In this document: positions 8,862 through 18,841 of the stretch, in pieces
Layout of the letters: each line of letters opens with the position of its first letter
How positions within the stretch are numbered: the stretch's first letter is position 1
DNA from: Bacteroidota bacterium
GTDB taxonomy: Bacteria > Bacteroidota > Bacteroidia > Bacteroidales > F082
Direction of reading: 5' to 3'
DNA length: 41,715 nucleotides
NCBI GenBank assembly: GCA_003650425.1
Contig: QMPP01000001.1
Location: 1 to 41,715 of the forward strand
The notes under the pieces: generated by a model
Seen by the model: only the letters and a program-made list of their open reading frames with translations
Databases searched by the model: none
Told to the model about the DNA's origin: nothing
Program-made: the position numbers and the translations under genes

Positions 8862-11066
8862 TTAGTTACCCATCTCCGACATGAATTTAATACGCATTAA
8901 CCTGATTTCATCTTCGGAGTATTCCGATTCACCCAATTCCGCCAAAGCAGCTTCAATTGAATCGGTTTCTGCCTCTGAAAAATAGTCGTAAATATCATCC
9001 TGATGGTACTCATCAACGTTCTCCTGAATATAATAATCGATATCAATTTTCGTCCCCGACGATACGATGTGTTCTATTTCATCAAGCAGTTCGCTAAAAG
9101 AGAGGTTCTTGGCATGGGCGATGTCGTTAAGCGGGAGCATTCGGTCGATGCTTTGAATAATGTAAACTTTTAACCCCGATTTGTTAACCACCGATTTAAT
9201 AATCATGTCGTTGGGTCTGATAATGTCGTTTTCCTCCACGTATTGATTAATCAAATCGAGGAAGGGTTTTCCGTAGCGTCTGGCTTTTCCGGTTCCCACC
9301 CCCGCAATTTGTCGTAGCTCTTCCATATTTATAGGATAATGAATAGCCATATCGGCCAATGAGGGATCCTGAAAAATGACAAAGGGTGGAAGTCCCTCTT
9401 TTTTAGAGATATCTTTTCTGAGCTCTTTAAGCATTATTAATAAGGTGTCATCCGATCCGCTTCCTGCCTTTCCCCCTTCATTGATAATGATACCGTCATC
9501 ATTGGTCTTTTCAAAATCATGATCTTTGGCGAGCATGATGCTATACGGATTTTTAATATAATCAAGACCTTTTTTGGTGATTTTTAAAATGCCGTAGTTT
9601 TCAATTTCTTTAATAACCAGACGGTTAATCAAACACTGTCTGATGATGGTATTCCAGTATTTTTCGTCATGCTGGCTTCCTTTACTAAAAAAGTGACTTT
9701 TGTCAAGCTTTATACTCTTAACATTGCCGCTGGCTTTTCCTGAAAGAACCTCGGAAATCATTTTCGATTTGTACTGTTCTTTTAGCCCGACAATGGCTTC
9801 CAGGGCAAGCTTAATATCATCTTTGCCTTCAAATTTTTCTTTTGGATGCAGGCAGTTGTCACACGATCCGCAGTTATCTTTTGGATAGCTCTCGCCAAAG
9901 TAGTGTAACAACAGGCGGTGTCGGCAAACCGATGACTCCGCGTAAGCAATGGTTTCAAACAAAAGCTCTTTGGCAATTTCCTGCTCTGCCAACGGCTTAT
10001 CTTTCATAAATTTTTCCAGCTTTAGAATGTCGTTGTAGCTGTAAAAAGTGATACAGTTTCCCTCGCCACCGTCACGCCCGGCACGTCCGGTTTCCTGATA
10101 ATATCCTTCAATGCTTTTAGGTATATCGTGGTGGATTACAAAACGCACATCCGGTTTGTCAATACCCATTCCAAAGGCGATGGTGGCAACAATAACATCC
10201 ACATCTTCCATTAAAAACATGTCCTGATTCCTTCGTCTGATAGAAGACTCAAGCCCCGCGTGGTAAGGAAGTGCCTTGATACCGTTTACTACCAATGTTT
10301 CGGCAATCTCCTCCACTTTTTTACGGCTCAGACAATAAATAATGCCCGATTTACCTGGTTGAGTTTTGATGTATTTGATGATGTCTTTAATAACATCTTT
10401 TGTTTTAGGTCGAATTTCGTAGTAGAGGTTAGCTCTGTCGAACGACGATTTAAAAACTTTTGCATCGTTCATCTCCAGGGTTTTAATAATATCTTCCTGA
10501 ACCTTAAGGGTAGCGGTAGCGGTTAACCCAATGATGGGTACTTTTCGTCCAATGGCATTAATAATAGGTCTTAACTTACGATATTCAGGTCTAAAATCGT
10601 GACCCCATTCTGAAATACAGTGCGCTTCATCAATGGCATAAAATGAAATTTCAATTCGTTTTAAAAATTCAATGTTCTCTTCTTTTGTTAACGATTCGGG
10701 AGCCATATACAGCAGTTTGGTTTTCCCATCAAGCAAATCTTGTCTTACCTGAGTCATCTCCATCTTTGAGAGAGAGGAGTTCATTACATGGGCGATGCTG
10801 TCCTGCGAACCGAAGTTACGAATCATGTCAACCTGATTCTTCATTAAAGCAATTAATGGCGAAACCACGATTGCCGTGCCCGGTTTAATTAACGCGGGTA
10901 ACTGATAACAAAGCGACTTCCCTCCACCTGTTGGCATAACAACAAATACGTCGTTTCCATCTAATACATTTTCGATGATAGGTTTTTGGGTTCCTTTGAA
11001 ACTTGAAAACCCAAAAAAGGTTTTCATTACCTTTGCCAATCCGTACTTATCCTTATTTGTTTCCAT
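8862..11066 (-). CDS. recQ: ATP-dependent DNA helicase RecQ
   Basis: Motifs MPTGGGKSLCYQLPA, DEAHCISEWGHDFRPEY, a Zn-binding Cys cluster (CRHRLLL...CGSCDNC) and an HRDC-like C-terminal region. 734 aa. Confidence 0.95.
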   Translation of the reverse strand: METNKDKYGLAKVMKTFFGFSSFKGTQKPIIENVLDGNDVFVVMPTGGGKSLCYQLPALIKPGTAIVVSPLIALMKNQVDMIRNFGSQDSIAHVMNSSLSKMEMTQVRQDLLDGKTKLLYMAPESLTKEENIEFLKRIEISFYAIDEAHCISEWGHDFRPEYRKLRPIINAIGRKVPIIGLTATATLKVQEDIIKTLEMNDAKVFKSSFDRANLYYEIRPKTKDVIKDIIKYIKTQPGKSGIIYCLSRKKVEEIAETLVVNGIKALPYHAGLESSIRRRNQDMFLMEDVDVIVATIAFGMGIDKPDVRFVIHHDIPKSIEGYYQETGRAGRDGGEGNCITFYSYNDILKLEKFMKDKPLAEQEIAKELLFETIAYAESSVCRHRLLLHYFGESYPKDNCGSCDNCLHPKEKFEGKDDIKLALEAIVGLKEQYKSKMISEVLSGKASGNVKSIKLDKSHFFSKGSQHDEKYWNTIIRQCLINRLVIKEIENYGILKITKKGLDYIKNPYSIMLAKDHDFEKTNDDGIIINEGGKAGSGSDDTLLIMLKELRKDISKKEGLPPFVIFQDPSLADMAIHYPINMEELRQIAGVGTGKARRYGKPFLDLINQYVEENDIIRPNDMIIKSVVNKSGLKVYIIQSIDRMLPLNDIAHAKNLSFSELLDEIEHIVSSGTKIDIDYYIQENVDEYHQDDIYDYFSEAETDSIEAALAELGESEYSEDEIRLMRIKFMSEMGN

Positions 11067-11082
11067 GAATCAATGATAAAGT

Positions 11083-11090
11083 TATCTTTG
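11083..11090 (+). promoter_or_regulatory. Possible -7 promoter box for kpsF-lptB
   Basis: TATCTTTG in the recQ/kpsF divergent gap. It is about 113 nt upstream of the kpsF start, so the call is weaker than the other boxes. Confidence 0.3.
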
Positions 11091-11203
11091 TAGCATTAAT
11101 CAATCATAATTATTAAATTTCGTTTAATTAGTGATTGATGTAAAATCTGCTCTCACAAATATAAGCGTTTTTATTTTTTTGAAACCATAAATATCAAAAA
11201 ATA

Positions 11204-12172
11204 TTGAAAAATATTGAAAATAAAATCAAAAAAACAGCAATTGCTGCTATCAACGAGGAAAACAAAGCCATTAAAAATCTGATAGATTCAATTAATGATG
11301 ATTTTGTTTCTGTTGTTGAATTGATATTTAACACGCAAGGAAGGGTTGTTATTACCGGTATTGGCAAGAGCGCCAACATAGCTACCAAAATTGTTGCTAC
11401 TTTAAACTCTACCGGGACACCGGCGGTTTTTATGCATGCTGCCGATGCCATTCATGGCGATATCGGGTTGGTTCGTCCGGGTGATGTTGTGGTAGCCATT
11501 TCAAAAAGCGGTGAAACGCCGGAAATAAAAGTATTGGTACCGTTAATTAAGCACAGGAAAAACATATTGGTTGCCATGGTGGGTAACACGAAGTCCTATT
11601 TGGCTAAGCAGGCTGACTATATATTGGATGTTACCGTTGAAAAGGAAGCCTGCCCTAATAATCTGGCACCCACATCGAGCACAACAGCACAGTTGGTAAT
11701 GGGTGATGCGCTTGCCATCAGCCTATTGGAATTGCGTGGCTTTACTGCATCCGATTTTGCCAAATTCCACCCCGGGGGTGCGCTGGGGAAAAGGATGTTT
11801 TTTAGAGCTGAAGATTTGGCCGTTAATAACGAGGTACCCAAAGTGGATATCCATGAAAAGGTGGCCAATATTATTATTGAGATTTCATCGAAACGTTTGG
11901 GGACAACCGCAGTTATTGAAGATAAGAAACTGGTGGGTGTTATTACGGATGGAGATTTGAGAAGAATGCTAGAGAAATATACCGATTTTCAACATCTTAC
12001 GGCTACTGACATCATGACTAAAAACCCTAAAACCATTGATAAAAATGAGCTAGCCATTAATGCCTTAACCATCATGCGCGAAAACAATATTACCCAATTA
12101 CCCATTATGGATAAGGGAAAATATGTGGGTGTTATTCATTTACATGATATATTAAAGGAGGGAATTTTTTAA
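11204..12172 (+). CDS. kpsF: Arabinose-5-phosphate isomerase (SIS + tandem CBS domains)
   Basis: Motifs GRVVITGIGKSANIA and SKSGET, plus a C-terminal CBS pair. The only in-frame start after the upstream stop (11180) is TTG at 11204. Confidence 0.85.
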   Translation: MKNIENKIKKTAIAAINEENKAIKNLIDSINDDFVSVVELIFNTQGRVVITGIGKSANIATKIVATLNSTGTPAVFMHAADAIHGDIGLVRPGDVVVAISKSGETPEIKVLVPLIKHRKNILVAMVGNTKSYLAKQADYILDVTVEKEACPNNLAPTSSTTAQLVMGDALAISLLELRGFTASDFAKFHPGGALGKRMFFRAEDLAVNNEVPKVDIHEKVANIIIEISSKRLGTTAVIEDKKLVGVITDGDLRRMLEKYTDFQHLTATDIMTKNPKTIDKNELAINALTIMRENNITQLPIMDKGKYVGVIHLHDILKEGIF

Positions 12173-12190
12173 TATTTAATAAAGTATGGA

Positions 12191-12925
12191 ATGAAACTAT
12201 ATACTAAAAATCTGGTAAAAAAATACAGGCAGAGGACGGTTGTAAAAGGAGTTTCGGTGGAGGTAAGCCAGGGTGAGATTGTGGGGCTGCTGGGTCCTAA
12301 TGGTGCCGGAAAAACCACCACCTTTTACATGATTGTCGGGTTGATAAAACCTTTTGGCGGCCATGTTTATATGGATGATAAAGAAATTACCGAAATGCCC
12401 ATGTATAAAAGGGCACAGCAGGGAATCGGATATTTGGCTCAAGAAGCTTCGGTGTTTAGGCACCTTTCGGTGGAAGATAATCTGAATGCCGTTATGGAGT
12501 TTACCGATTTAACGAAACAGCAGCGTAAAGAAAAACTGGAATCGTTGTTGGATGAGTTTGGTTTGCGACATATCCGTAAGAGCAAAGGAATTCAACTTTC
12601 AGGAGGCGAGCGTCGCCGAACGGAAATTGCCCGTGCGCTGGCCGTGGATCCCAAATTTATTCTGCTGGATGAGCCGTTTGCGGGTGTCGATCCCATTGCC
12701 GTGGAAGATATCCAATCGATTGTGGCCAAACTAAAAGAAAAGAATATCGGTATCCTGATTACCGACCATAATGTACACGAAACCTTAACCATTACCGACC
12801 GGGCCTATCTTTTGTTTGAAGGATCCATTCTAAAAGCAGGTACTGCCGAAGAGTTGGCAGCCGATGAACATGTGAGAAAGGTTTACCTCGGTAAAAACTT
12901 TGAACTACGGAAAAAGAAAAGTTGA
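12191..12925 (+). CDS. lptB: LPS export ABC transporter ATP-binding protein
   Basis: Walker [10 protein letters not shown], signature LSGGERRR and Walker B ILLDEP. It follows kpsF, as in many Gram-negative bacteria. Confidence 0.9.
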   Translation: MKLYTKNLVKKYRQRTVVKGVSVEVSQGEIVGLLGPNGAGKTTTFYMIVGLIKPFGGHVYMDDKEITEMPMYKRAQQGIGYLAQEASVFRHLSVEDNLNAVMEFTDLTKQQRKEKLESLLDEFGLRHIRKSKGIQLSGGERRRTEIARALAVDPKFILLDEPFAGVDPIAVEDIQSIVAKLKEKNIGILITDHNVHETLTITDRAYLLFEGSILKAGTAEELAADEHVRKVYLGKNFELRKKKS

Positions 12926-12927
12926 TG

Positions 12928-13670
12928 CTAATCGTATTGCATATTCGAGAGGTAGATAATTAATGAAAGAAAGAGGTAAAGGGCAATAATAAACGGAATG
13001 GCAATTACCTGTAATATTATCAGAAGCACTACTGAAATAACTAAAAAGGAATATCTAAACTCATTTCCTTTCCATTTATAGTCTTTAAATTTCAACGCGA
13101 ACATGGGAAAATTGCTGGTCATTAAAAAGAACCCGGCAATGGCGGTAGCAGCTAAAAAATAAGAGTTTGTAAAAATCATATAAATCATATTCTGGTCAGT
13201 ATACAAAGTTACTCTTATAATGGGCAACGATGCTACTAAAAATGCCAGTGCCGGTGTTGGCATTCCCTTAAACCCCATCTGCTGACTTTCGTCAATATTA
13301 ATTTGGCCAATCGCAAGGCAGCACCCCAGGGAATTAAGATTGCCCACAGGGTGAACAAATTAAAGCCGCTAATTATGTCCATCGGCTTGCCATGGCTTAA
13401 AATAATCATTTGAAAGATAATAAATCCCGGGGCTACGCCAAACGACACCATATCGGCCAACGAGTCAAGCTGCAACCCGATTTCAGATTTTGCGTTCATC
13501 AGTCTGGCGGTAAAGCCATCAAAAAAGTCGAATAGCGCTGCTGCGAAAATAAGATACCCGGCAATGGCTAAATTCTCTTGTGTCCCCTGAAATGAAAAAT
13601 AGATGGAAGAAATTCCCATGGTTAAATTCATCAGGGTTATCGTGTTCGGAATATGGCTTTTTAAACTCAT
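12928..13670 (-). pseudogene. pssA: CDP-diacylglycerol--serine O-phosphatidyltransferase, reading frame broken by an apparent 1-nt deletion
   Basis: The N-terminal ORF (13236-13670) carries the CDP-alcohol transferase motif DGFTARLMNAKSEIGLQLDSLADMVSFG and ends ...ALRLAKLILTK. The +1 frame continues QINIDESQQMGFKGMPTPALAF... through ORF 12928-13347. Adding one T in GCCAAATTAATATTGAC (13291-13308) restores LRLAKFNIDESQQ. Confidence 0.75.
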
Positions 13671-13837
13671 TATATTTTTTTTTCAAATATAATTATTTCT
13701 TTATTCCTAATGGCTTTTCGTGGCTAAAATACTCTTTTTCAATACCGAAATTACTGTAACACATTGGTTAGTCCTAGTGTAAGTAGAATAATATTTGTAC
13801 ATTTGAACCGATTTTTAATTTAAACTAAATATAAATT

Positions 13838-15295
13838 ATGGCAAAAGTAGTTGTTCTGGGAGCCGGTGTTTCGGGTCACACAGCTTCAGTACTCCTTAAA
13901 AAGAGGCTTGGCAAAAAGCATGAGGTTGTGGTAGTTACTCCTAATTCTTATTACCATTGGATACCCTCAAATATATGGGTGGGTGTGGGGAGAATGAAAG
14001 TGGATGAAGTCAGGTTCAGGCTCGACAAGCGATACAAAAAGGCGGGTATTGTTTACAAGCAGGCCAAGGCGGTTTCGATACACCCAGAAGGGGATAATAA
14101 ATCGGAAAAAGGGTTTGTAACCATCGAATACACCGGACAGGATAAAGAGGGACAAACCGAGAAGGTAGATTACGACTTCTTAATTAACGCTACCGGACCA
14201 CGGCTTGCATTTGAAAAAACACCGGGGATAGGACCTGGAAAACATACTGTTTCGGTCTGCTCTTACGATCATGCGGTAGAAGCCTGGGAGAAATTTGAAG
14301 CCTCGATGGAGCGAATGAAAAAGGGCGAGAAACAAAAGTTTGTTATCGGTACCGGCCATCCGGGAGCTACCTGTCAGGGGGCTGCTTTTGAGTATATTCT
14401 GAATGTTGCATGGGAACTAAAACGTAGAAAACTGAGCCATTTAGCTGATATTGTTTGGTTGACCAATGAGTACGAGTTGGGTGATTTTGGTATGGGTGGT
14501 GCTTATATTAAAAGAGGTGGCTATATTACCAGTACCAAAACATTTGCCGAATCATTTTTAAAACAACGAGACATTTCGTGGATAAAGCGTGCCGGTGTTA
14601 AAAAAGTTGACAAGAAGAAAATTTATTACGAACTGCTGGATGGTAGTGAAGGCAGTATCGATTACGATTTTGCCATGCTGCTTCCGGCTTTTACCGGAAA
14701 TGGAATAACAGCTGCCGGTAAAAATGGTGAGGACATCACTTCCAAGCTTTTTAAACCCAACGGCTTTATGGTGGTGGATGCCGACTATACCCCCAAGCCT
14801 TTCGAGGAGTGGAGCGCTGCCGATTGGCCATCCACCTATCAAAATCCTGATTATGGAAATATTTTTGCTGCCGGTATAGCCTTTGCACCACCGCATTCTA
14901 TTTCAAAACCCATGAAAAGTCCCAACGGAACAGCCATTTTCCCGGCTCCCCCACGTACGGGAATGCCCTCGGGAGTAACAGGCAAAATTATTGCCGACAA
15001 TATTTACGACTGGATTAAATCCGGAGAACCTAAAATGAAACATAAGGCCTCTATGTCGCGCATGGGAGCCGCTTGTATTGTATCTGCCGGTTACGGATTA
15101 CTCAACGGCGCTGCTGCAACCATGACGGTTTACCCCATCGTGCAGGATTGGGATAAGTATCCCGAGTACGGTAGAGATTTATCTTATACCGTTGGTGAAG
15201 CTGGATTGGCAGGTCATTGGCTAAAATGGTTTATGCACTATATGTTTTTGCACAAAGCCAAAGGTTATCCCTTGTGGTGGTTGTTACCTGAATAG
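13838..15295 (+). CDS. FAD-dependent pyridine-nucleotide-disulfide oxidoreductase, sulfide:quinone oxidoreductase-like
   Basis: The N-terminus VVVLGAGVSGHTAS is an FAD-binding fold. PGATCQGAAFEY and MGAACIVSAG contain Cys residues at the positions of the SQR redox cysteines as I recall them. 485 aa. Confidence 0.65.
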   Translation: MAKVVVLGAGVSGHTASVLLKKRLGKKHEVVVVTPNSYYHWIPSNIWVGVGRMKVDEVRFRLDKRYKKAGIVYKQAKAVSIHPEGDNKSEKGFVTIEYTGQDKEGQTEKVDYDFLINATGPRLAFEKTPGIGPGKHTVSVCSYDHAVEAWEKFEASMERMKKGEKQKFVIGTGHPGATCQGAAFEYILNVAWELKRRKLSHLADIVWLTNEYELGDFGMGGAYIKRGGYITSTKTFAESFLKQRDISWIKRAGVKKVDKKKIYYELLDGSEGSIDYDFAMLLPAFTGNGITAAGKNGEDITSKLFKPNGFMVVDADYTPKPFEEWSAADWPSTYQNPDYGNIFAAGIAFAPPHSISKPMKSPNGTAIFPAPPRTGMPSGVTGKIIADNIYDWIKSGEPKMKHKASMSRMGAACIVSAGYGLLNGAAATMTVYPIVQDWDKYPEYGRDLSYTVGEAGLAGHWLKWFMHYMFLHKAKGYPLWWLLPE

Positions 15296-15327
15296 TATTA
15301 AAGTTGAACAATTTAAAAAATTATATT

Positions 15328-15498
15328 ATGGCAGAAAATAAAAATACAAATAGAACGGTAGCTTATTCTGAGGAATCATATCCTCCTATGCCTACCAAAT
15401 TAACCATGTTTTTCAGGAGATGCATTATTTATCAGGCCTGGAGATGGCTGGTATTGAATATAAAAATTTTGCGTATTGTAGTCGGAGGTCACTCCTAA
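15328..15498 (+). CDS. Hypothetical small basic protein (56 aa)
   Basis: ATG at 15328 lies 33 nt after the SQR-like stop. The ORF track begins at an upstream TTG. A strong terminator hairpin follows. Confidence 0.35.
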   Translation: MAENKNTNRTVAYSEESYPPMPTKLTMFFRRCIIYQAWRWLVLNIKILRIVVGGHS

Positions 15499-15540
15499 CC
15501 TTATCAAAGCCTTAGTAGCTGCATTATTTATTACATTTAT

Positions 15541-15573
15541 AAACCTGTATTCGATTAGAGTACAGGTTTTTTT
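15541..15573 (+). terminator. Rho-independent terminator
   Basis: AAACCTGTA (15541-15549) pairs with TACAGGTTT (15561-15569) across an 11-nt loop, and the stem runs into a T tract (15567-15573). Confidence 0.7.
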
Positions 15574-15580
15574 ACTTTTG
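15573..15580 (+). promoter_or_regulatory. Bacteroidota -7 promoter box for queA
   Basis: TACTTTTG lies 20 nt upstream of the ATG at 15601. Confidence 0.5.
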
Positions 15581-15600
15581 CAGGTCAAGAATAAAGAAAA

Positions 15601-16821
15601 ATGAGCACTCCTTATCAAATAAAAATTGAAGAATACAATTACTCTCTTCCGGATGACCGCATTGCCAAGTTCCCTTTAGAACAGCGCCACTTGTCGAAGC
15701 TGCTGTATTTAAATGAGGGGGCTATCTCGGAAAAAAGTTTTTCTCAAATACCCCAACTATTGCCTTCCGACTCGCTATTGGTTTTTAACGAAACAAAAGT
15801 GATACAGGCACGATTACTTTTTAAAAAAGCCACCGGAGCCTCCATCGAGATATTTTGTTTAGAACCGATAAGGCCGGTGAATGATTTTCAACTGGCATTT
15901 CAGCAAAATCCTCCGGTAGTTTGGAAATGTTTAGTAGGTAATGCCAAACGATGGAAATCGGGAAATTTGGAATCTGTTTTGCTGATTAATGGGGTAGAGG
16001 TTAAGCTAACGGCAAAAAAGGAGACGCAGCTTTCCGACTCTTTTTTAATCTCATTTTCGTGGAAGCCTGAAGGTATCCTCTTTTCAGAAATTCTGGAGGC
16101 GTCAGGATTGATTCCGCTGCCTCCGTATTTGCATCGTGAACCGGTAGCATCAGATAAAGAGCGTTACCAAACGGTGTATGCACGATTTGATGGTTCGGTG
16201 GCAGCGCCCACGGCAGGGTTGCATTTTACCGATACCATTTTGCAGCAGCTTTTGCAACGAGGGGTGCAATCGAAAAAGGTAACGCTTCACGTTGGAGCAG
16301 GAACTTTTAAACCGGTATCATCTGAAACCATTCAGGATCACGAGATGCATACAGAAAAGGTGGTTGTTGCTAAAACGGTTCTTAAAAGTTTGCTTAAGCA
16401 GATCGGTAATCCGGTTATTCCGGTAGGTACCACCAGTATGCGTACCATTGAAAGTCTGTTTTGGATGGCACTCAAAATTAAACTTAGACTAACAAGTAAG
16501 TTTGTTGTAAATCAATGGGATCCGTACGAACTTGATATTCCCTATAATTTTTCTTCCCGTGAAGCTTTGACCTTATTAATTGAAATTCTCGAACAAAACA
16601 AAGTCGATGAGCTGAAGGGTGAAACCCGCCTGATGATTGCCCCTGGATACAGATTTCGACTGGCTACCGGTTTGATAACCAATTTTCATCAACCTAAAAG
16701 CACATTGCTATTACTGGTTTCTGCTCTTATTGGCGATAAATGGAAAGAGGCTTATGACTTTGCCCTGAAAAATCAGTTCCGGTTTTTGAGCTACGGCGAT
16801 AGCTGTTTGTTTTTACCGTAG
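15601..16821 (+). CDS. queA: S-adenosylmethionine:tRNA ribosyltransferase-isomerase
   Basis: N-terminus YNYSLPDDRIAKFPLEQRHLSKLL, plus PLPPYL and TAGLHFT motifs. 406 aa. Confidence 0.9.
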   Translation: MSTPYQIKIEEYNYSLPDDRIAKFPLEQRHLSKLLYLNEGAISEKSFSQIPQLLPSDSLLVFNETKVIQARLLFKKATGASIEIFCLEPIRPVNDFQLAFQQNPPVVWKCLVGNAKRWKSGNLESVLLINGVEVKLTAKKETQLSDSFLISFSWKPEGILFSEILEASGLIPLPPYLHREPVASDKERYQTVYARFDGSVAAPTAGLHFTDTILQQLLQRGVQSKKVTLHVGAGTFKPVSSETIQDHEMHTEKVVVAKTVLKSLLKQIGNPVIPVGTTSMRTIESLFWMALKIKLRLTSKFVVNQWDPYELDIPYNFSSREALTLLIEILEQNKVDELKGETRLMIAPGYRFRLATGLITNFHQPKSTLLLLVSALIGDKWKEAYDFALKNQFRFLSYGDSCLFLP

Positions 16822-16836
16822 GAAAAGGAACCTGTT

Positions 16837-17787
16837 TCAGACCTTCTCTTGTAAGTATTTATTTACGTGCTGCTCTATACGTTGAAGGATATTCTCGGGG
16901 CGAGTGCGTTGAAATGACTCACCTGTAACCTGTTCGTATAGCTCTATGTAGCGTTCGGATACAAGGTTTACAAATTCATCAGTCATGGTTGGAACCTGTT
17001 CTCCCTCTTTGCCTTGAAACCCGTTTTCCATCAGCCACTCGCGAACAAACTCTTTGGACAGCTGTTTTTGAGGAATACCTTTGGAAAAGCGATCTTCGTA
17101 ACCATCGACATAAAAATAGCGAGAGGAATCGGGGGTATGAATTTCATCGATAAGGTAGATTTTGTCGCCTGCCTTTCCAAATTCGTACTTGGTGTCGACC
17201 AAAATCAGCCCTTGTTTGGCGGCTATCTCAGTTCCTCGTTGAAAGAGTTTTCTTGTAATTTTTTCCAGTTGTTCATAATCTTCCGCTGAAACCAGACCTT
17301 GTCGGATAATTTCCTCTTTCGAGATGTCTTCATCGTGACCTTCGTCAGCTTTGGTGGTGGGCGTTACGATGGGCTCTGCGAATTTTTGATGTTCTTTCAT
17401 TCCTTCCGGGATGGGTATGCCACATATTTCACGAGTACCACTTTTGTAGGTGCGCCACGAGCTGCCGGTCAGGTAACCTCTGATAATCATCTCCACCGGA
17501 AAGGGTTTGCAGTAATGGCCAACGGTAACCATTGGGTCGGGCACGGCCATTTTCCAATTAGGGACAATGTCGGCAGTAGCATCTAAAAATTTGGCGGCAA
17601 TTTGGTTTAGCACCTGTCCCTTGTAAGGAATGCCTCTTGGCAGCACCACATCAAAAGCTGAAATGCGGTCGCTGGCAATCATTACTAAAAGTTTGTCATC
17701 AATGTTATAAACATCACGAACCTTGCCGTGATAAACATCTTTCTGTTTTGGAAATATAAAATCGGTGCGGGTAATGGCTTCTGTCAT
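16837..17787 (-). CDS. purC: Phosphoribosylaminoimidazole-succinocarboxamide synthase (long form)
   Basis: Motifs [17 protein letters not shown] and LVDTKYEFG. 316 aa. Confidence 0.9.
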   Translation of the reverse strand: MTEAITRTDFIFPKQKDVYHGKVRDVYNIDDKLLVMIASDRISAFDVVLPRGIPYKGQVLNQIAAKFLDATADIVPNWKMAVPDPMVTVGHYCKPFPVEMIIRGYLTGSSWRTYKSGTREICGIPIPEGMKEHQKFAEPIVTPTTKADEGHDEDISKEEIIRQGLVSAEDYEQLEKITRKLFQRGTEIAAKQGLILVDTKYEFGKAGDKIYLIDEIHTPDSSRYFYVDGYEDRFSKGIPQKQLSKEFVREWLMENGFQGKEGEQVPTMTDEFVNLVSERYIELYEQVTGESFQRTRPENILQRIEQHVNKYLQEKV

Positions 17788-17789
17788 GG

Positions 17790-18740
17790 TTATTTGTTTT
17801 GATGTTTTTCATAAGCATTCACGATATGGGTTACCAGCTTATGGCGGATAATGTCTTTTTGATTAAGGTAAATAAAATCGATTCCTTTTATGTTTTGTAA
17901 AATTTCTTTTGCTTTTAAGAGCCCCGATGTTTTGTGCCTTGGCAGGTCTATTTGGGTAACATCGCCCGTGATGATAAATTTGGAGGCTTTCCCCATCCGG
18001 GTTAAAAACATCTTAATCTGACTTTCGGAGGCATTTTGAGCTTCATCTAAAATGGCAAAAACATTACTTAAAGTGCGGCCTCTCATGTAAGCGAGGGGGG
18101 CAATCTCGATGGTCTCATCTTCGAGGTAGGAGAGGAGTTTTTGATGGGGCAGCATATCGCGGAGAGCATCGTACAAAGGTTGGAGGTAGGGATCGAGCTT
18201 GTCTTTCATGTCGCCGGGTAAAAATCCCAAACTCTCCCCGGCTTCTACGGCAGGGCGTGTAAGGATGATCCGTTTTACCTCTTTGTTTTTAAGTGCTCTT
18301 ACGGCGAGGGCAACAGCGGTGTAGGTTTTTCCCGTTCCGGCAGGGCCGATAGCAAAAAGCATGTCGTTATTATCGATACTTTTTACCATTACCTTTTGGT
18401 TGGGTGTTTGTGCTTTGATAAGCTTTCCGTACCGGCCGTAAACAAGCACGCTATCGTCAGCTGAGGCTGGAGGCGTTGCCAGACTACTATTTTCGTTCAT
18501 TAATTGCGAAACAACTGCTTCATTTACCTTTCCGAATTTCTCAAAATGTACCAGCAGAAGTTCAAAGCGCTCCTCAAATTTTTTGATTTCTTTGTTTTCT
18601 CCCATGAGTTTGATTAGTTCACCACGGACAATAATCTTAAGTTTTGGAAAAAAATCTTTAATCTGGTTTAAGTATTTATCATTAGGGCCATATAATCCCA
18701 CTAAATTTTCGGCGTCAACTTGAATGATGGTTTCGCTCAT
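17790..18740 (-). CDS. phoH: PhoH-family ATPase
   Basis: Walker [10 protein letters not shown], Walker B AILDEAQN, and [10 protein letters not shown] moved the start to the ATG at 18740 (MSETIIQV), which is supported by a -7 box at 18783-18790. The 32-codon hydrophobic extension in the ORF track looks spurious. Confidence 0.85.
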   Translation of the reverse strand: MSETIIQVDAENLVGLYGPNDKYLNQIKDFFPKLKIIVRGELIKLMGENKEIKKFEERFELLLVHFEKFGKVNEAVVSQLMNENSSLATPPASADDSVLVYGRYGKLIKAQTPNQKVMVKSIDNNDMLFAIGPAGTGKTYTAVALAVRALKNKEVKRIILTRPAVEAGESLGFLPGDMKDKLDPYLQPLYDALRDMLPHQKLLSYLEDETIEIAPLAYMRGRTLSNVFAILDEAQNASESQIKMFLTRMGKASKFIITGDVTQIDLPRHKTSGLLKAKEILQNIKGIDFIYLNQKDIIRHKLVTHIVNAYEKHQNK

Positions 18741-18782
18741 AGGCTCTGTTTCAAAGGATTTGTTAAAAAAAACTATTCCCCT

Positions 18783-18790
18783 CAAAAATA
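18783..18790 (-). promoter_or_regulatory. Bacteroidota -7 promoter box for phoH-purC
   Basis: Plus strand CAAAAATA equals minus strand TATTTTTG, 43 nt upstream of the ATG at 18740. Confidence 0.45.
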
Positions 18791-18823
18791 TTAAAAATAT
18801 GGCTACCCATGCTTTAAAATTCG

Positions 18824-18831
18824 TAATTTTG
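18824..18831 (+). promoter_or_regulatory. Bacteroidota -7 promoter box for the SAM hydrolase gene
   Basis: TAATTTTG lies 10 nt upstream of the ATG at 18842, which implies a very short or absent leader. Confidence 0.45.
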
Positions 18832-18841
18832 GTCATTGGCT

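Noticed and set aside
11201-11220. Direct repeat ATATTGAAAA x2 at the kpsF start, with a TTG start codon.
   Set aside because: A single 10-bp duplication in an A-rich leader is probably incidental. It is noted only because it forces a non-ATG start call.
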